A stretch of 64,000 bases of DNA from NCBI GenBank assembly GCA_964600755.1, contig CAZRKQ010000236.1, positions 812-64,811 on the forward strand, in the 5' to 3' direction. The notes under the pieces were generated by a model. That model was not told the DNA's origin. It saw only the letters and a program-made list of their open reading frames with translations, and did not search any database. Source of the stretch: an uncultured Thiotrichaceae bacterium (GTDB lineage: Bacteria > Pseudomonadota > Gammaproteobacteria > SZUA-229). The translations under genes and the position numbers were made by a program. Below are positions 9,644-19,466 of the stretch, one piece after another. The stretch's first letter is position 1. Every line of letters starts with the position of its first letter.

Positions 9644-10477
9644 TTACATGGAAAAGCGCATCGACAGGTCGATGGCGCTGATATCTTTTGTTAGTGATCC
9701 TGTAGATATGAAGTCGACACCGGTTTCGGCGTATTCGCGAATGTTTTCCAGGGTAATGCCACCCGAAGCTTCGAGTGGAATTTTGCCGCTACTGAGTTTA
9801 ACTGCCTGTCGAATCTCATCTGTAGTGAAATTATCCAGCAGTATGCGATCAACGCCGGCGTTAATCGCTTGTTCCAGTTGTGCAGTGCCTTCAACTTCGA
9901 TTTCAACGGGGTAGCCGGGGCTGTGAAACCTTGCTTCTTCAACCGCAGTTTGGATGTTGCCTGCGGCAAGTATGTGGTTTTCCTTGATCAGGATCGCATC
10001 GAACAATCCCATGCGATGGTTCTGGCAGCCGCCGCATGTGACGGCATATTTCTGTGCAGCGCGTAAGCCGGGAATGGTTTTGCGTGTATCAAGTACGACG
10101 GCATTTGTACCTTCCACAGCTGCGGCGTACCTGGATGCAAGTGTTGCAGTCGCTGATAATGTTTGTACAAAGTTGAGTGCAGTGCGTTCACCGGTCAGCA
10201 GTGAGCGCGAAGGTCCGCTGATACTGCAAATGGTTTCTTCGGCTTCAATGCTGTCGCCATCCTCGACATGCCATTCAACAAATACTTCGTCATCGATTTG
10301 CCTGAATACTTCTTCAAACCAGTCCATGCCGCAAAATACACAATCTTGCCGGCTGATAACATTGGCGAGCGATACAGCATCGGCGGGAATCAGCTCGGCA
10401 GTGATATCGCCATCACCTACATCTTCATGCAGTGCTATATGTACAGTCTCTTCGATAGTGCTTTGTGTAACAGACAT
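9644..10477 (-). CDS. nadC: quinolinate phosphoribosyltransferase
   Basis: EDVGDGDIT, ERTALNF, DTRKTIPG, NHRMGLFDAILIKENHI, EASGGI, ISTG. Confidence 0.96.
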   Translation of the reverse strand: MSVTQSTIEETVHIALHEDVGDGDITAELIPADAVSLANVISRQDCVFCGMDWFEEVFRQIDDEVFVEWHVEDGDSIEAEETICSISGPSRSLLTGERTALNFVQTLSATATLASRYAAAVEGTNAVVLDTRKTIPGLRAAQKYAVTCGGCQNHRMGLFDAILIKENHILAAGNIQTAVEEARFHSPGYPVEIEVEGTAQLEQAINAGVDRILLDNFTTDEIRQAVKLSSGKIPLEASGGITLENIREYAETGVDFISTGSLTKDISAIDLSMRFSM

Positions 10478-10495
10478 AGAGTATTTGTCCCGATA

Positions 10496-11827
10496 CTAGC
10501 CCAGGTGTTTACGTAACACTTTTGATTTGCGCTGATAGTTATACAGTTCTTTCTTTTTCATTGGTAAGCCTTCGGGACTTGACTCGGTAAAGCCGCGTTC
10601 CTGGAACCAGTGCATGGTTTGTGTGGTTAATGTATACATTTCTTCCATGTGCTGTTTACGTGCCTGCCATTCGATGTGTTGCATAAGCTCATTACCACGG
10701 CCATGTTCCTGGTAGTCAGGATGCACTGCAAGGCAGGCAAGTTCACAGGCCTTCTCTTTTTCGAAACAGAACAAGGCGGCACAGGCGATGATCATGCCGT
10801 CACGCTCGATAACGGTGAAGTTATGGATATCGAGTTCAAGTTGTTCACGAGAGCGCTTCATAAGTGCGCCTTGCTCTTCCAGTGGCACGATCAGTTCAAG
10901 TATGCCGCCTATGTCATCGATCGTTGCTGTGCGCAGTCCTTCATAATTATCGGCAGTCACCAGTGTGCCGATACCATCACGGGTATACAGTTCGAGTAAT
11001 AATGAGCCATCAATGTTGCGGCTGACGAGGTGTACACGACGAACACCACCCCTGCATGCATGTGCGGCATTATCCAGATGCGCTTGTGTGTCACGCGCTT
11101 CCTGTTGTGTAATTTCCTTGTTGCCCTTTCCATGGTTCTTGAACCACTGTTCAGCCTGCGGCAGCTTGAGTTGATGCAGAAGCTCGCCTTTGCCGTTAAT
11201 TACACCAATGGTTTCCATGACAAAAACCAGTTTGTCTGCATTCAGTGCGATAGCAATATCAGTGGCAACATCTTCGGCGCGCAGGTTGAATATTTCTCCT
11301 GTTTGCGAATAGCCAATGGGTGAGGCCAGTACCATATTGTTCTGGTTTAATTGCTCTTCGATGCCTTCGGCATCAACATTTCTGACATTGCCGGTCTGGC
11401 AGTAATCGACACCGTCTCGAATACCGAAAGGCTGTGCGGTGACGAAGTTGCCGGAAACTACACGAACGGATGCATGCGCCATGGGTGTGTTCGGCAAGCC
11501 CATGGAAAGCTTGGATTCGATAATCATTCGTACCTGGCCAGCCGCCTGTTCGACGCCCGGCATGGCATCAGTTGTGGTGATACGCAGGTCGTTGACGAAC
11601 TCCGTGTTGATGTTGAGTGTCTCCAGCTGGCGTTCGATTTGCGGACGTGCACCATGCACCAGCACCAGGCGTACTCCCAGGCTGCCGAGCAGGGCGATGT
11701 CATTGATCAGGTGATGAAAACATTCATTCTCAACGGCTTCGCCACCGAACAGCACGACTACGGTTTTGCCTCTGTGTGCATGAATATATGGCGCCGAGTT
11801 TCTGAACCATTCAACGTGTTCGCTCAT
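10496..11827 (-). CDS. argA: amino-acid N-acetyltransferase
   Basis: WFRNSAPYIHAHRGKT, VHGARPQI, LELYTRDGIGT, C-terminal GNAT domain, YNYQRKSKV; alternative TTG start at 11845. Confidence 0.95.
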   Translation of the reverse strand: MSEHVEWFRNSAPYIHAHRGKTVVVLFGGEAVENECFHHLINDIALLGSLGVRLVLVHGARPQIERQLETLNINTEFVNDLRITTTDAMPGVEQAAGQVRMIIESKLSMGLPNTPMAHASVRVVSGNFVTAQPFGIRDGVDYCQTGNVRNVDAEGIEEQLNQNNMVLASPIGYSQTGEIFNLRAEDVATDIAIALNADKLVFVMETIGVINGKGELLHQLKLPQAEQWFKNHGKGNKEITQQEARDTQAHLDNAAHACRGGVRRVHLVSRNIDGSLLLELYTRDGIGTLVTADNYEGLRTATIDDIGGILELIVPLEEQGALMKRSREQLELDIHNFTVIERDGMIIACAALFCFEKEKACELACLAVHPDYQEHGRGNELMQHIEWQARKQHMEEMYTLTTQTMHWFQERGFTESSPEGLPMKKKELYNYQRKSKVLRKHLG

Positions 11828-12208
11828 GTCTGGCGATTTTTTCAAGCCTCTCGCTCCTCAAAGTGTAAAAGTTGCCTCGATCGGGCGCTCACATCCCTTA
11901 GCTTTTCAATTACTTACTGTATTTTAAAATGGTAGCACATTCATCTGATATATGAAGTTCTGAATAATGCTGAAGTTGCTGTAATATACGCATCTTTTCC
12001 GTGCCAAGTGCACGAAGATGGCTGGAAATTCTGATTTCATCAGGCTTTTCGCAGTACATGGATGCCCTGCCATTTTAATGATTTATAACTCATTGATAGT
12101 GGAGCCGAATAGGGATACTTGGGAAAAACCGCATTTTTCTTTTTCGGCCTCTGAAATTACAGCATGTAATTATTCAGAGATTAAATATAGTTACTCCGGT
12201 AAGTTCTG

Positions 12209-13885
12209 ATGGCAAACGATAAAACACGTAAATTTTCTTCGGTAATTGTAGATGGTGTAGCACAGGCGCCAAGCCGTGCCATGCTGCATGCCGTAGGCTT
12301 TGAAGATGAAGACTTCAACAAACCTCAAGTCGGTATTGCATCAACCTGGAGTATGGTGACGCCATGCAATATGCATATCAACAAGCTGGCTGAGGATGCT
12401 GGCGAGGGTGTAGACGGCGCAGGCGGCAAGAGTGTGATCTTCAACACCATCACGGTATCGGACGGTATCTCCATGGGTACACCGGGAATGCGTTATTCAC
12501 TGGTATCGCGCGAGGTCATTGCAGATTCGATTGAAACTGTCACCGGTGCGCAGGGATTTGATGGCCTCGTCGCAATCGGTGGCTGCGACAAGAACATGCC
12601 GGGTTGCATGATGGCGCTGGCTCGACTCAACCGCCCCGGTATCTTTGTTTACGGTGGCACCATCAAGCCGGGCGCGAAGCGCCGTGACATCGTTTCAGTG
12701 TTCGAAGCTGTTGGTGGCCACGCTGCCGGCAAGGTCAGCGATGAAGAGCTGCATGAAGTAGAGCAGACGGCAATTCCGGGCCCGGGTTCCTGTGGCGGTA
12801 TGTACACCGCCAATACAATGGCATCTGCGATCGAGGCACTGGGCATGAGCCTGCCCAATAGTTCGGCACAGGAAGCGATTTCCGATGCCAAGAAAAATGA
12901 TTGTCATCGTGCCGGCGAGGCCGTGCTTGAGCTTATAAAGAACGATATCAAGCCGTGCGACATCATGACGCGTGAAGCATTTGAGAACGCGATTACAGTC
13001 GTTATCGCCCTTGGCGGATCCACAAACGCAGTGCTGCATCTGTTGGCGATGGCACACACTGCCGGTGTCAGACTCGAACTGGATGATTTCACCCGTATTG
13101 GTGCAAAAGTGCCGGTGCTGGCCGATGTGAAACCCAGCGGTAAGTATTTAATGTCAGAGCTGATAGCGATCGGCGGCATTCAGCCGTTGATGAAAACCCT
13201 GCTGGATGCAGGATTGCTGCACGGTAACTGTATGACAGTGACCGGTAAAACCATGGCGCAGAACCTGGCTGATGTAAAGCCGTATCCTGCCGATCAGGAC
13301 ATCGTGCGCCCGCTTGATAATCCAATCAAGAAAGACAGTCATCTTGTCGTGCTCTACGGCAACCTGGCACCAACCGGTGCCGTGGCAAAAATTTCAGGCA
13401 AGGAAGGATTGAGCTTCAGCGGTAATGCGCGTGTGTTTGAATCGGAAGAATCGGCGCTTGCTGCCATTCTTGATGGTAGCGTGGTTAAAGACGATGTCAT
13501 CGTGATCCGGCATGAAGGCCCTGTTGGCGGTCCTGGCATGCGGGAAATGCTCAGCCCGACCGGCGCGATCATGGGCAAGGGCATGGGCAAGGATGTCGCG
13601 TTAATAACCGACGGCCGCTTTTCAGGCGGTAGTCATGGTTTTGTTGTGGGTCACGTCACACCCGAGGCTGCGGTTGGCGGACCGATTGCAATTATCCAGG
13701 ATGGTGATGGCATTACCATCGATGCTGAAAAGAAAGAACTCAGCCTCAATATTTCGCAGGATGAGCTGGATCAGCGCCTGGCTGCATGGAAAGCACCAGC
13801 ACCTAAAGAAAACCGCGGTATTCTAGCCAAGTATGCCAGGCTGGTTAGCTCGGCATCCGAAGGCGCGGTTACGGATAAGTTTTAG
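12209..13885 (+). CDS. ilvD: dihydroxy-acid dehydratase
   Basis: [54 protein letters not shown]. Confidence 0.97.
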   Translation: MANDKTRKFSSVIVDGVAQAPSRAMLHAVGFEDEDFNKPQVGIASTWSMVTPCNMHINKLAEDAGEGVDGAGGKSVIFNTITVSDGISMGTPGMRYSLVSREVIADSIETVTGAQGFDGLVAIGGCDKNMPGCMMALARLNRPGIFVYGGTIKPGAKRRDIVSVFEAVGGHAAGKVSDEELHEVEQTAIPGPGSCGGMYTANTMASAIEALGMSLPNSSAQEAISDAKKNDCHRAGEAVLELIKNDIKPCDIMTREAFENAITVVIALGGSTNAVLHLLAMAHTAGVRLELDDFTRIGAKVPVLADVKPSGKYLMSELIAIGGIQPLMKTLLDAGLLHGNCMTVTGKTMAQNLADVKPYPADQDIVRPLDNPIKKDSHLVVLYGNLAPTGAVAKISGKEGLSFSGNARVFESEESALAAILDGSVVKDDVIVIRHEGPVGGPGMREMLSPTGAIMGKGMGKDVALITDGRFSGGSHGFVVGHVTPEAAVGGPIAIIQDGDGITIDAEKKELSLNISQDELDQRLAAWKAPAPKENRGILAKYARLVSSASEGAVTDKF

Positions 13886-13893
13886 TTGATCAA

Positions 13894-14026
13894 GCCGGGA
13901 ACGGCTACCGTCTTATCCCGGCCTGTCAGTAAAGTGGCGAGGGATAAGTGGCAAGTGGCAAGTGGCCAAAACCAAACTGGTTGTAGCGATTTAAACCTCG
14001 CCCCTCGTCACTCCTCCCTCGCCACT
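13894..14026. repeat. hairpin plus inverted/tandem repeat between convergent ilvD and ydbL
   Basis: GCCGGGA..TCCCGGC stem at 13894-13922; AGTGGCGAGGGA at 13933 is the exact reverse complement of TCCCTCGCCACT at 14015; tandem AAGTGGC x3. Confidence 0.7.
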
Positions 14027-14027
14027 G

Positions 14028-14351
14028 TCATTTTTGTTGCCAGCTGCCGCCAACCTTGACGTAATTGCCCGGGGCGGATTTTTCAATGGCTTTCTTGCCG
14101 GCAAGCTGTTCTACAGCTTGCAGCGATGTATTGTTACGCGCAGCTATTTCCTTGAATTTTTGGTTGCGCCTGGCGTTAATGCTTTCGATAAGTGCAGATA
14201 CTTCCGGCGAAGGTGATTTTACTGCTGCCAGGTAACCGCTGGGTGTTTCGCCTACCAGTCCCTGGTCTTTGGCTGATTGCAGATCGATCGCAAATACGGG
14301 CTGCGCTATGAGCAGCAAACATGTTGTGAATAATGCTAATAATGTTTTCAT
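14028..14351 (-). CDS. ydbL: YdbL family protein (DUF1318)
   Basis: Signal peptide, AKDQGLVGETPSGYL, INARRNQKF, VGGSWQQK; start at ATG 14351. Confidence 0.88.
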   Translation of the reverse strand: MKTLLALFTTCLLLIAQPVFAIDLQSAKDQGLVGETPSGYLAAVKSPSPEVSALIESINARRNQKFKEIAARNNTSLQAVEQLAGKKAIEKSAPGNYVKVGGSWQQK

Positions 14352-14364
14352 TGTTGGCGCTCCG

Positions 14365-14550
14365 TTAGAAAAGTCCACTGTCTTCGCTGAATATGTCATC
14401 AAGTTCTTTATCTACTTTGACGCGAATTTCATGTTCTATCTTGACGTTGAGATTGATGGTGATGGGCTCGTCAGGTGGTTCCACCTTGACGGTTGGAGAG
14501 CAGTTCAGTAAAAAAGCTCCCATCGCTAGTATTAACAGTTGTCTGTACAT
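14365..14550 (-). CDS. ynbE: YnbE family lipoprotein
   Basis: Lipobox LLNC, PTVKVEPPDEPITINLNVKIEHEIRVKVDKELD. Confidence 0.9.
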   Translation of the reverse strand: MYRQLLILAMGAFLLNCSPTVKVEPPDEPITINLNVKIEHEIRVKVDKELDDIFSEDSGLF

Positions 14551-14553
14551 GAT

Positions 14554-16764
14554 TTATTCAGCCTGTTTGCTGTTCCTGGTTTTTTCGTAATGAAGGCGTA
14601 CTTTCTGATCAATGCCTGTACTCACGCCTTCAGCGAAACGTAAACTTTTGAGTAGCGAAAGCAGGTTTTGTTCAGTATTTATATTTAAATGTACGGGGCG
14701 CCTGGTATCAAGCTCCGGACTGGTGCCTTTCAGCTGGAGATTGATAGTAAGCATACCTTCCGGGGTGAAGTTTACATCAGCGGACAGGTGGCTGTAATGA
14801 AAATCCTTCAGCGCATCCAGCGCGAACCCGGTGAGGAGGTTTTGCTTGAGTTGATCGGCTCCAGCAGCGGGGTTGTAACGAATTGTTCCGGCGCGTACAT
14901 TATTTATGAATGCGCCATTTTCAATAAAAATGCCTTTATCATTGATCTCTACAGGGATGGTGCCATCGATCCTTCCTGTAACTATGATGTCCTCAAGTTG
15001 TTGTGTTTCAACGATTTTTGCCAGGTCTATATCTGTCGCTTTTATCTTGAAACTGTTTTTGCTCCTGTTCAAGTCAAACACAAAATTATCGCCTGAAAAG
15101 GTGCCGTCAAATATTTCGCCCTGCAGGCCTTGAATTATGAGTTGCGGTTGAGGGCCAGTGTTTGTTGTCTGCAGCGTGATATTGGTGCTGATATTGCTCG
15201 AGGTGACGCCGCTATCCAGTTGCTTGAGATTGATCTTACTTGTCTGGATTGAATGTAATTCTGGCAAAATTTCGAGCTCATGATCAAAAGAGAGCCCCGA
15301 AAATACAAGCTCGCCATAGTGGCCGCCAACATCATCAAGCTTGATCCTGGTTGTCAGTCTGAAATCATTGTTATGTGACCATGCAGCATCTGATGTCAGC
15401 TTAATGCTTCCGCTTAACAGGTCGAAGGGGTAAGGCCACGGTGTCAACAGCAAGCTCAGTTTGTTGTCCCCGGTGCTTAAATCGAGCACTTTTATCGGTT
15501 TGATGGTAAGCCAGCCTAGCGATTGATTAAAATCATGATCAAGTTCAAATGCAAATTGCGCTGGTACGTTCGCTGTAGAGAGGTTTCCATCAGCTTCCAG
15601 ATTAGCGGAACTGGCTGAAATACGTGCAGCAATATCTTCGAGCTGAATAACTTTCGAGTCGTAATTAACCGCGAGTATTTTTGCACTCACACCACCTGTG
15701 AATTGCCAGTCGCCGGCAGAAATTGACAGGTCGCCAACCATGTTTATCAGGCTGTCGCCAAGTGAGAGGTTACTGTATCTGAAGCTGTCGGCTTTGATAT
15801 AGCTGCCGGTTTTAATTTTTATGTGCTGGATAGGATTGGTGGTCGGGTTTACAAATTTCAACTTGACGGCAATATTATTTGCGGCGTATTTCCTGAAAGC
15901 ATACATATCGGAAATGGCGGTAATGGTTGAAGCGATCTCGTTTTCAGATTCAAAGCTGGATGAAAATGTACCGCTAACATTTTTTGTTTCAGTGATATTA
16001 TCTATGGTTATAATGGGTTGCAGCCAGTGCTGCAACTGCTGAGGGTGTAAATTGTAGCTGCCTGTGATTTGTGTATCGAGGATATTGAGCTCAAGCCTTG
16101 CAGGCACAATATCGGGTGCTGTTGAAAGCCTTAATTCTGTTATGAGTGAGTTCTGCGAAAGATTCGTGATAACAAGCTGACGTAGATTATCTTGTTGAAC
16201 GGAAGCAGGCTGATCCTGCAAGGTGAATTCTGCATATATTGTTCCTGCATCATTTGTGCCATCCAGTTGAAACGGTTTACCTTGAAGCGCCCCAAATGAA
16301 TCACCGTCCAGTGTGATGTTTTCAACAGTGAACGTGTTAAAGATTATATATTCACGTAGTGCATGTCTCAGCGCCGCTATTATTTTAAGTGGTTCCAGTG
16401 CTTCACTGACGCTATGTGTGTCTCCTGGTGTTTTGTTGATGCCCTGGTAATACAGTCCGAGATCTTTTATCGCCAGCTTATCAGCGCGGCCTTGTGCTAT
16501 TTGTTTGAGGTTGTAGTCCATGCTTATGTCATGTGCTTCAAGCTTGAACAGTCCTGTTTCAGTGGCAAGGGTAAATCCGAAACGGGATATGTGGCTTTGG
16601 CCCGGGCCAAGATGATGAATGTCGGTGGTAACATTCTTCAGCCCAAAAGCATGCATGCTTGATGAAATGACTAGTTCGGAGAGCTGTGCGCGACCAATCC
16701 AGATAGCCAGCAATAGAGCAAGTATGAGAAATAGATATAGATGCCGAGGCTTCAGGGGTAGCAT
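14554..16764 (-). CDS. ydbH: YdbH-domain intermembrane (AsmA-like) protein
   Basis: N-terminal TM anchor, beta-rich body, C-terminal GRIDGTIPV...ALKDFHY..L...PVHLNINTEQNLLSLLKSL; operon with ynbE and ydbL. Confidence 0.8.
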   Translation of the reverse strand: MLPLKPRHLYLFLILALLLAIWIGRAQLSELVISSSMHAFGLKNVTTDIHHLGPGQSHISRFGFTLATETGLFKLEAHDISMDYNLKQIAQGRADKLAIKDLGLYYQGINKTPGDTHSVSEALEPLKIIAALRHALREYIIFNTFTVENITLDGDSFGALQGKPFQLDGTNDAGTIYAEFTLQDQPASVQQDNLRQLVITNLSQNSLITELRLSTAPDIVPARLELNILDTQITGSYNLHPQQLQHWLQPIITIDNITETKNVSGTFSSSFESENEIASTITAISDMYAFRKYAANNIAVKLKFVNPTTNPIQHIKIKTGSYIKADSFRYSNLSLGDSLINMVGDLSISAGDWQFTGGVSAKILAVNYDSKVIQLEDIAARISASSANLEADGNLSTANVPAQFAFELDHDFNQSLGWLTIKPIKVLDLSTGDNKLSLLLTPWPYPFDLLSGSIKLTSDAAWSHNNDFRLTTRIKLDDVGGHYGELVFSGLSFDHELEILPELHSIQTSKINLKQLDSGVTSSNISTNITLQTTNTGPQPQLIIQGLQGEIFDGTFSGDNFVFDLNRSKNSFKIKATDIDLAKIVETQQLEDIIVTGRIDGTIPVEINDKGIFIENGAFINNVRAGTIRYNPAAGADQLKQNLLTGFALDALKDFHYSHLSADVNFTPEGMLTINLQLKGTSPELDTRRPVHLNINTEQNLLSLLKSLRFAEGVSTGIDQKVRLHYEKTRNSKQAE

Positions 16765-16871
16765 AACTAAGAGTCAGGATTTGTCAGTATTGGCCGCTAG
16801 AGAAATTTATAATAGATATTAATCTAATTTAACTAAGCATGTTAAATAACGGTTTGCATCCTGGTCATGCA

Positions 16872-16920
16872 ATAAAAAGGGGATAAAGAGTATTTTATGC
16901 TCTTTATCCCCTTTCTTTTA
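16872..16920 (-). terminator. rho-independent terminator downstream of phoH
   Basis: 15-bp stem AAAGGGGATAAAGAG (16876-16890) / CTCTTTATCCCCTTT (16900-16914), with T-rich tails on both strands. Confidence 0.8.
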
Positions 16921-16934
16921 TCAGGCTTGACTAT

Positions 16935-17720
16935 TTAAAAGGCATTGCAAAAACGATAACTTGGTGGATTTCTGGTTTCGTATTTCATAATGATGTCTTT
17001 CACTATATTACTGCGCACTATATCTTCATAGGTGAATTCATGAACATGTACACCGCGAACATCGTGAACGCGGTTGATGGCATCGTGCAGGCCTGAGCAG
17101 CTGTCTATGTCTGACTGGCTCAGATCGCCATTAATGACTACAGTTGAGTTTATGCCGATTCGTGTCATGAACATTTTTAATTCTTCCGGTGCGCAGTTTT
17201 GCGCTTCATCAAGAACGACAAAGCAGCGGTTAAATGTTTTGCCGCGCATGTATGCCAGAGGCTCGACCACAATATTGCCATTTTTTACGGCACATTCGAC
17301 TACGCCTTTTCCTGTGTTACTGATGAGACAGGACTTGAACGCACTGAAGTAAGGATCAAATTTGTCCTCAAGTTTCCCGGGAAGAAAACCCATGCTGTTG
17401 CCGGTTTCAACGGCTGGGCGGGTGAAGATGATCCTGTCTGTGTCGCCCGATATGAGCGCTTCTGCAGCCATTGCTGCTGTGCAGTAGCTTTTGCCTGTTC
17501 CTGCCGGGCCGAGGCCGAAAACCAGGGTATTGCTCTTGATTGCAGCCATAAACTGACCTTGTGACTGGTTTTTGGCTTGAATGGGTTTAGGGAGACCGGG
17601 ATGTTTATGTGGGGGGTTGAAGGGGGTGGTGTTCGCTTGAAGATCTATTACCGTCGAGTCTCCTTGTAAGTAGTCAATATTATATTTATTATTTTTATGC
17701 CTGCCATTCTTTCGCGACAT
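16935..17720 (-). CDS. phoH: PhoH family ATPase (short form)
   Basis: GPAGTGKS, RPAVE, MGFLPG, LAYMRGKTF, DEAQN, GDLSQSD, IVRS; GAGGTG RBS before ATG 17720. Confidence 0.88.
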   Translation of the reverse strand: MSRKNGRHKNNKYNIDYLQGDSTVIDLQANTTPFNPPHKHPGLPKPIQAKNQSQGQFMAAIKSNTLVFGLGPAGTGKSYCTAAMAAEALISGDTDRIIFTRPAVETGNSMGFLPGKLEDKFDPYFSAFKSCLISNTGKGVVECAVKNGNIVVEPLAYMRGKTFNRCFVVLDEAQNCAPEELKMFMTRIGINSTVVINGDLSQSDIDSCSGLHDAINRVHDVRGVHVHEFTYEDIVRSNIVKDIIMKYETRNPPSYRFCNAF

Positions 17721-17902
17721 GTATACACCTCGGATGAATGTTAAAGGATCGTTAAATGCTATTACAGTATTCAACACCATCTAAATTAACGATAGCAGTC
17801 ATATATGTCAATATTGTTACTAAAAGATAACGTATTTATCTTGTTCGCAAGCATCAGTAACTTTATTGCTTTTGCTGTTTGGCGCAAACATTTGAGTCCA
17901 TT

Positions 17903-18751
17903 ATGGCCAGAATATTAATAGCAGGTTGTGGAGATATTGGCTCTGCTGCAGGTCGACTGCTCGCAGACGATGGTCATTATGTCGTTGGATTGAAAAGACA
18001 TCCTCCAGCTAATGGTAATAAAATCAGTTATATAAAGGTCGACTTGATGCGTCCTGGTGATCTGGAGGGCATCGACACCCGTTTTGATCTTGTGATCTGC
18101 GTGCTTACACCTGATGACCGCAGTGAGCAGGCATACAGAAACATATTCGAGCTTGGTGTTGCTAATCTGCTGAATATTTTTTCGCGGAATAATCCGGAAA
18201 CAAGATTTATATTCGTTTCATCTACCAGTGTGTATGGCCAGACGTATGGCGAATGGGTCGATGAGGAGTCTGTGACCGAGCCCGGCACTATTACAGGCAA
18301 GATCATATTACAGGCAGAAAAGTCCTTTCTTTCACATGGCGTTAATAATTGCATCATTCGCTTTTCAGGCATATATGGCCGCAGCAGAAGCCGTCTGCTG
18401 GATACTGTAGCATCAGGCGGCAAGGTTCAATATAAACCACCGTATTATATGAACAGGATACACAGGAAAGACTGCATTGGGGTGCTGTGCTTCATTGCTA
18501 ACAAGATGATTGCCGGGATTAATCTTGAGCCGATATACCTGGCTTCCGACGATGACCCTGCACCCAGGTGGGATGTGTTTAATTTTATAGCCGACAAGCT
18601 CGGGACTGGGAGACCGGAAAAGCAAATATTGCCGCACAACAGTGATCAAAACAAACGCTGCAGTAACAAGCGTCTTAAGCAGCTGGGATATGAATTTCTC
18701 TATAAAAGTTACAGGAATGGCTATGATTTTATCGAGCAATTAGATAGCTAG
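17903..18751 (+). CDS. NAD-dependent epimerase/dehydratase (atypical SDR, YeeZ-like)
   Basis: ILIAGCGDIG, VSSTSVYGQ, GEWVDE, RFSGIYG, NRIH, NKRCSNKRLK. Confidence 0.85.
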   Translation: MARILIAGCGDIGSAAGRLLADDGHYVVGLKRHPPANGNKISYIKVDLMRPGDLEGIDTRFDLVICVLTPDDRSEQAYRNIFELGVANLLNIFSRNNPETRFIFVSSTSVYGQTYGEWVDEESVTEPGTITGKIILQAEKSFLSHGVNNCIIRFSGIYGRSRSRLLDTVASGGKVQYKPPYYMNRIHRKDCIGVLCFIANKMIAGINLEPIYLASDDDPAPRWDVFNFIADKLGTGRPEKQILPHNSDQNKRCSNKRLKQLGYEFLYKSYRNGYDFIEQLDS

Positions 18752-18819
18752 TACCCGTTAACTAGTTACCTTAAATAATGGGTCTTCCCCAAATACAGTG
18801 GGCTGATACGATGAAAACT

Positions 18820-19430
18820 TTGCCACAGAGGCACAGAGAATACAGAGGCTTTTGTTGTTAGTAGTACCTGCTTTAGTTGCTAGCTTAAGTTGATCGTATT
18901 TATCAACATTTTATTTCGCCTTGATGGCGAGTCACTTTTCTTTGCCCATGTAAAATTTCTAGGCAAAGAAAAGTAACCAAAAGAAAAGACACCCTGACCA
19001 GTTTGCCCTTCGGGTTCCCTCACCATTCACCTTTGCCTACGGGCCGTCCTGACTCGCCGTCCAGGCTCGACATGACTAAATTCGACGTCCCTGTCGGCCA
19101 TCAGTTTATTTCCAGGGCCCTACCAAAGCCGAATGCCTCGGCAAACTTCAAGGGGAGGAATCCCTCTTTACAGTCAAACAGCGTGTAGGGTGCAATAGCG
19201 AAGCGTATTGCACCGACTGCATCCGGCGGATTACGGCTAACGCCTAATCCGCCCTACGGGTATGCGAAGCACGAGCGCCCGGGGCGCATTTTTTGGGCGA
19301 GCAAAAAAGGTAACTCGCTCCAACAGGAGCGAAATAAAATGTTGATAAATACGATCAACTTAAGTTAGCGACTAATGTCGCCTCTACAAAATAATAAAAA
19401 ACCTCTATGTTCTCTACGCCTCTGTAGCAA
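18820..19430. mobile_element. nested composite of non-autonomous inverted-repeat elements (MITE/REP-like)
   Basis: Three concentric inverted-repeat pairs (18820-18848/19402-19430; 18879-18919/19329-19369; 18927-18947/19295-19318) enclosing a GTAG-ended REP doublet (19185-19214, 19225-19257); no transposase ORF. Confidence 0.8.
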
Positions 19431-19466
19431 TCATTTGAAGTTTACCCACTTGATGTGGTGAAGACC

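Noticed and set aside
12018-12209. Leader peptide or attenuator for ilvD
   Set aside because: No run of Ile/Leu/Val codons and no terminator/antiterminator pair
17780-17880. Pho box upstream of phoH (CAGTCAT/TGTCAAT/TGTTACT)
   Set aside because: Spacing is 9-10 bp rather than 11, and the units point toward the other gene
18820-19430. CRISPR array or intact IS element
   Set aside because: Repeats are inverted and nested, not regularly spaced direct repeats; no cas or transposase ORF. The 19003..19188 ORF is repeat-derived
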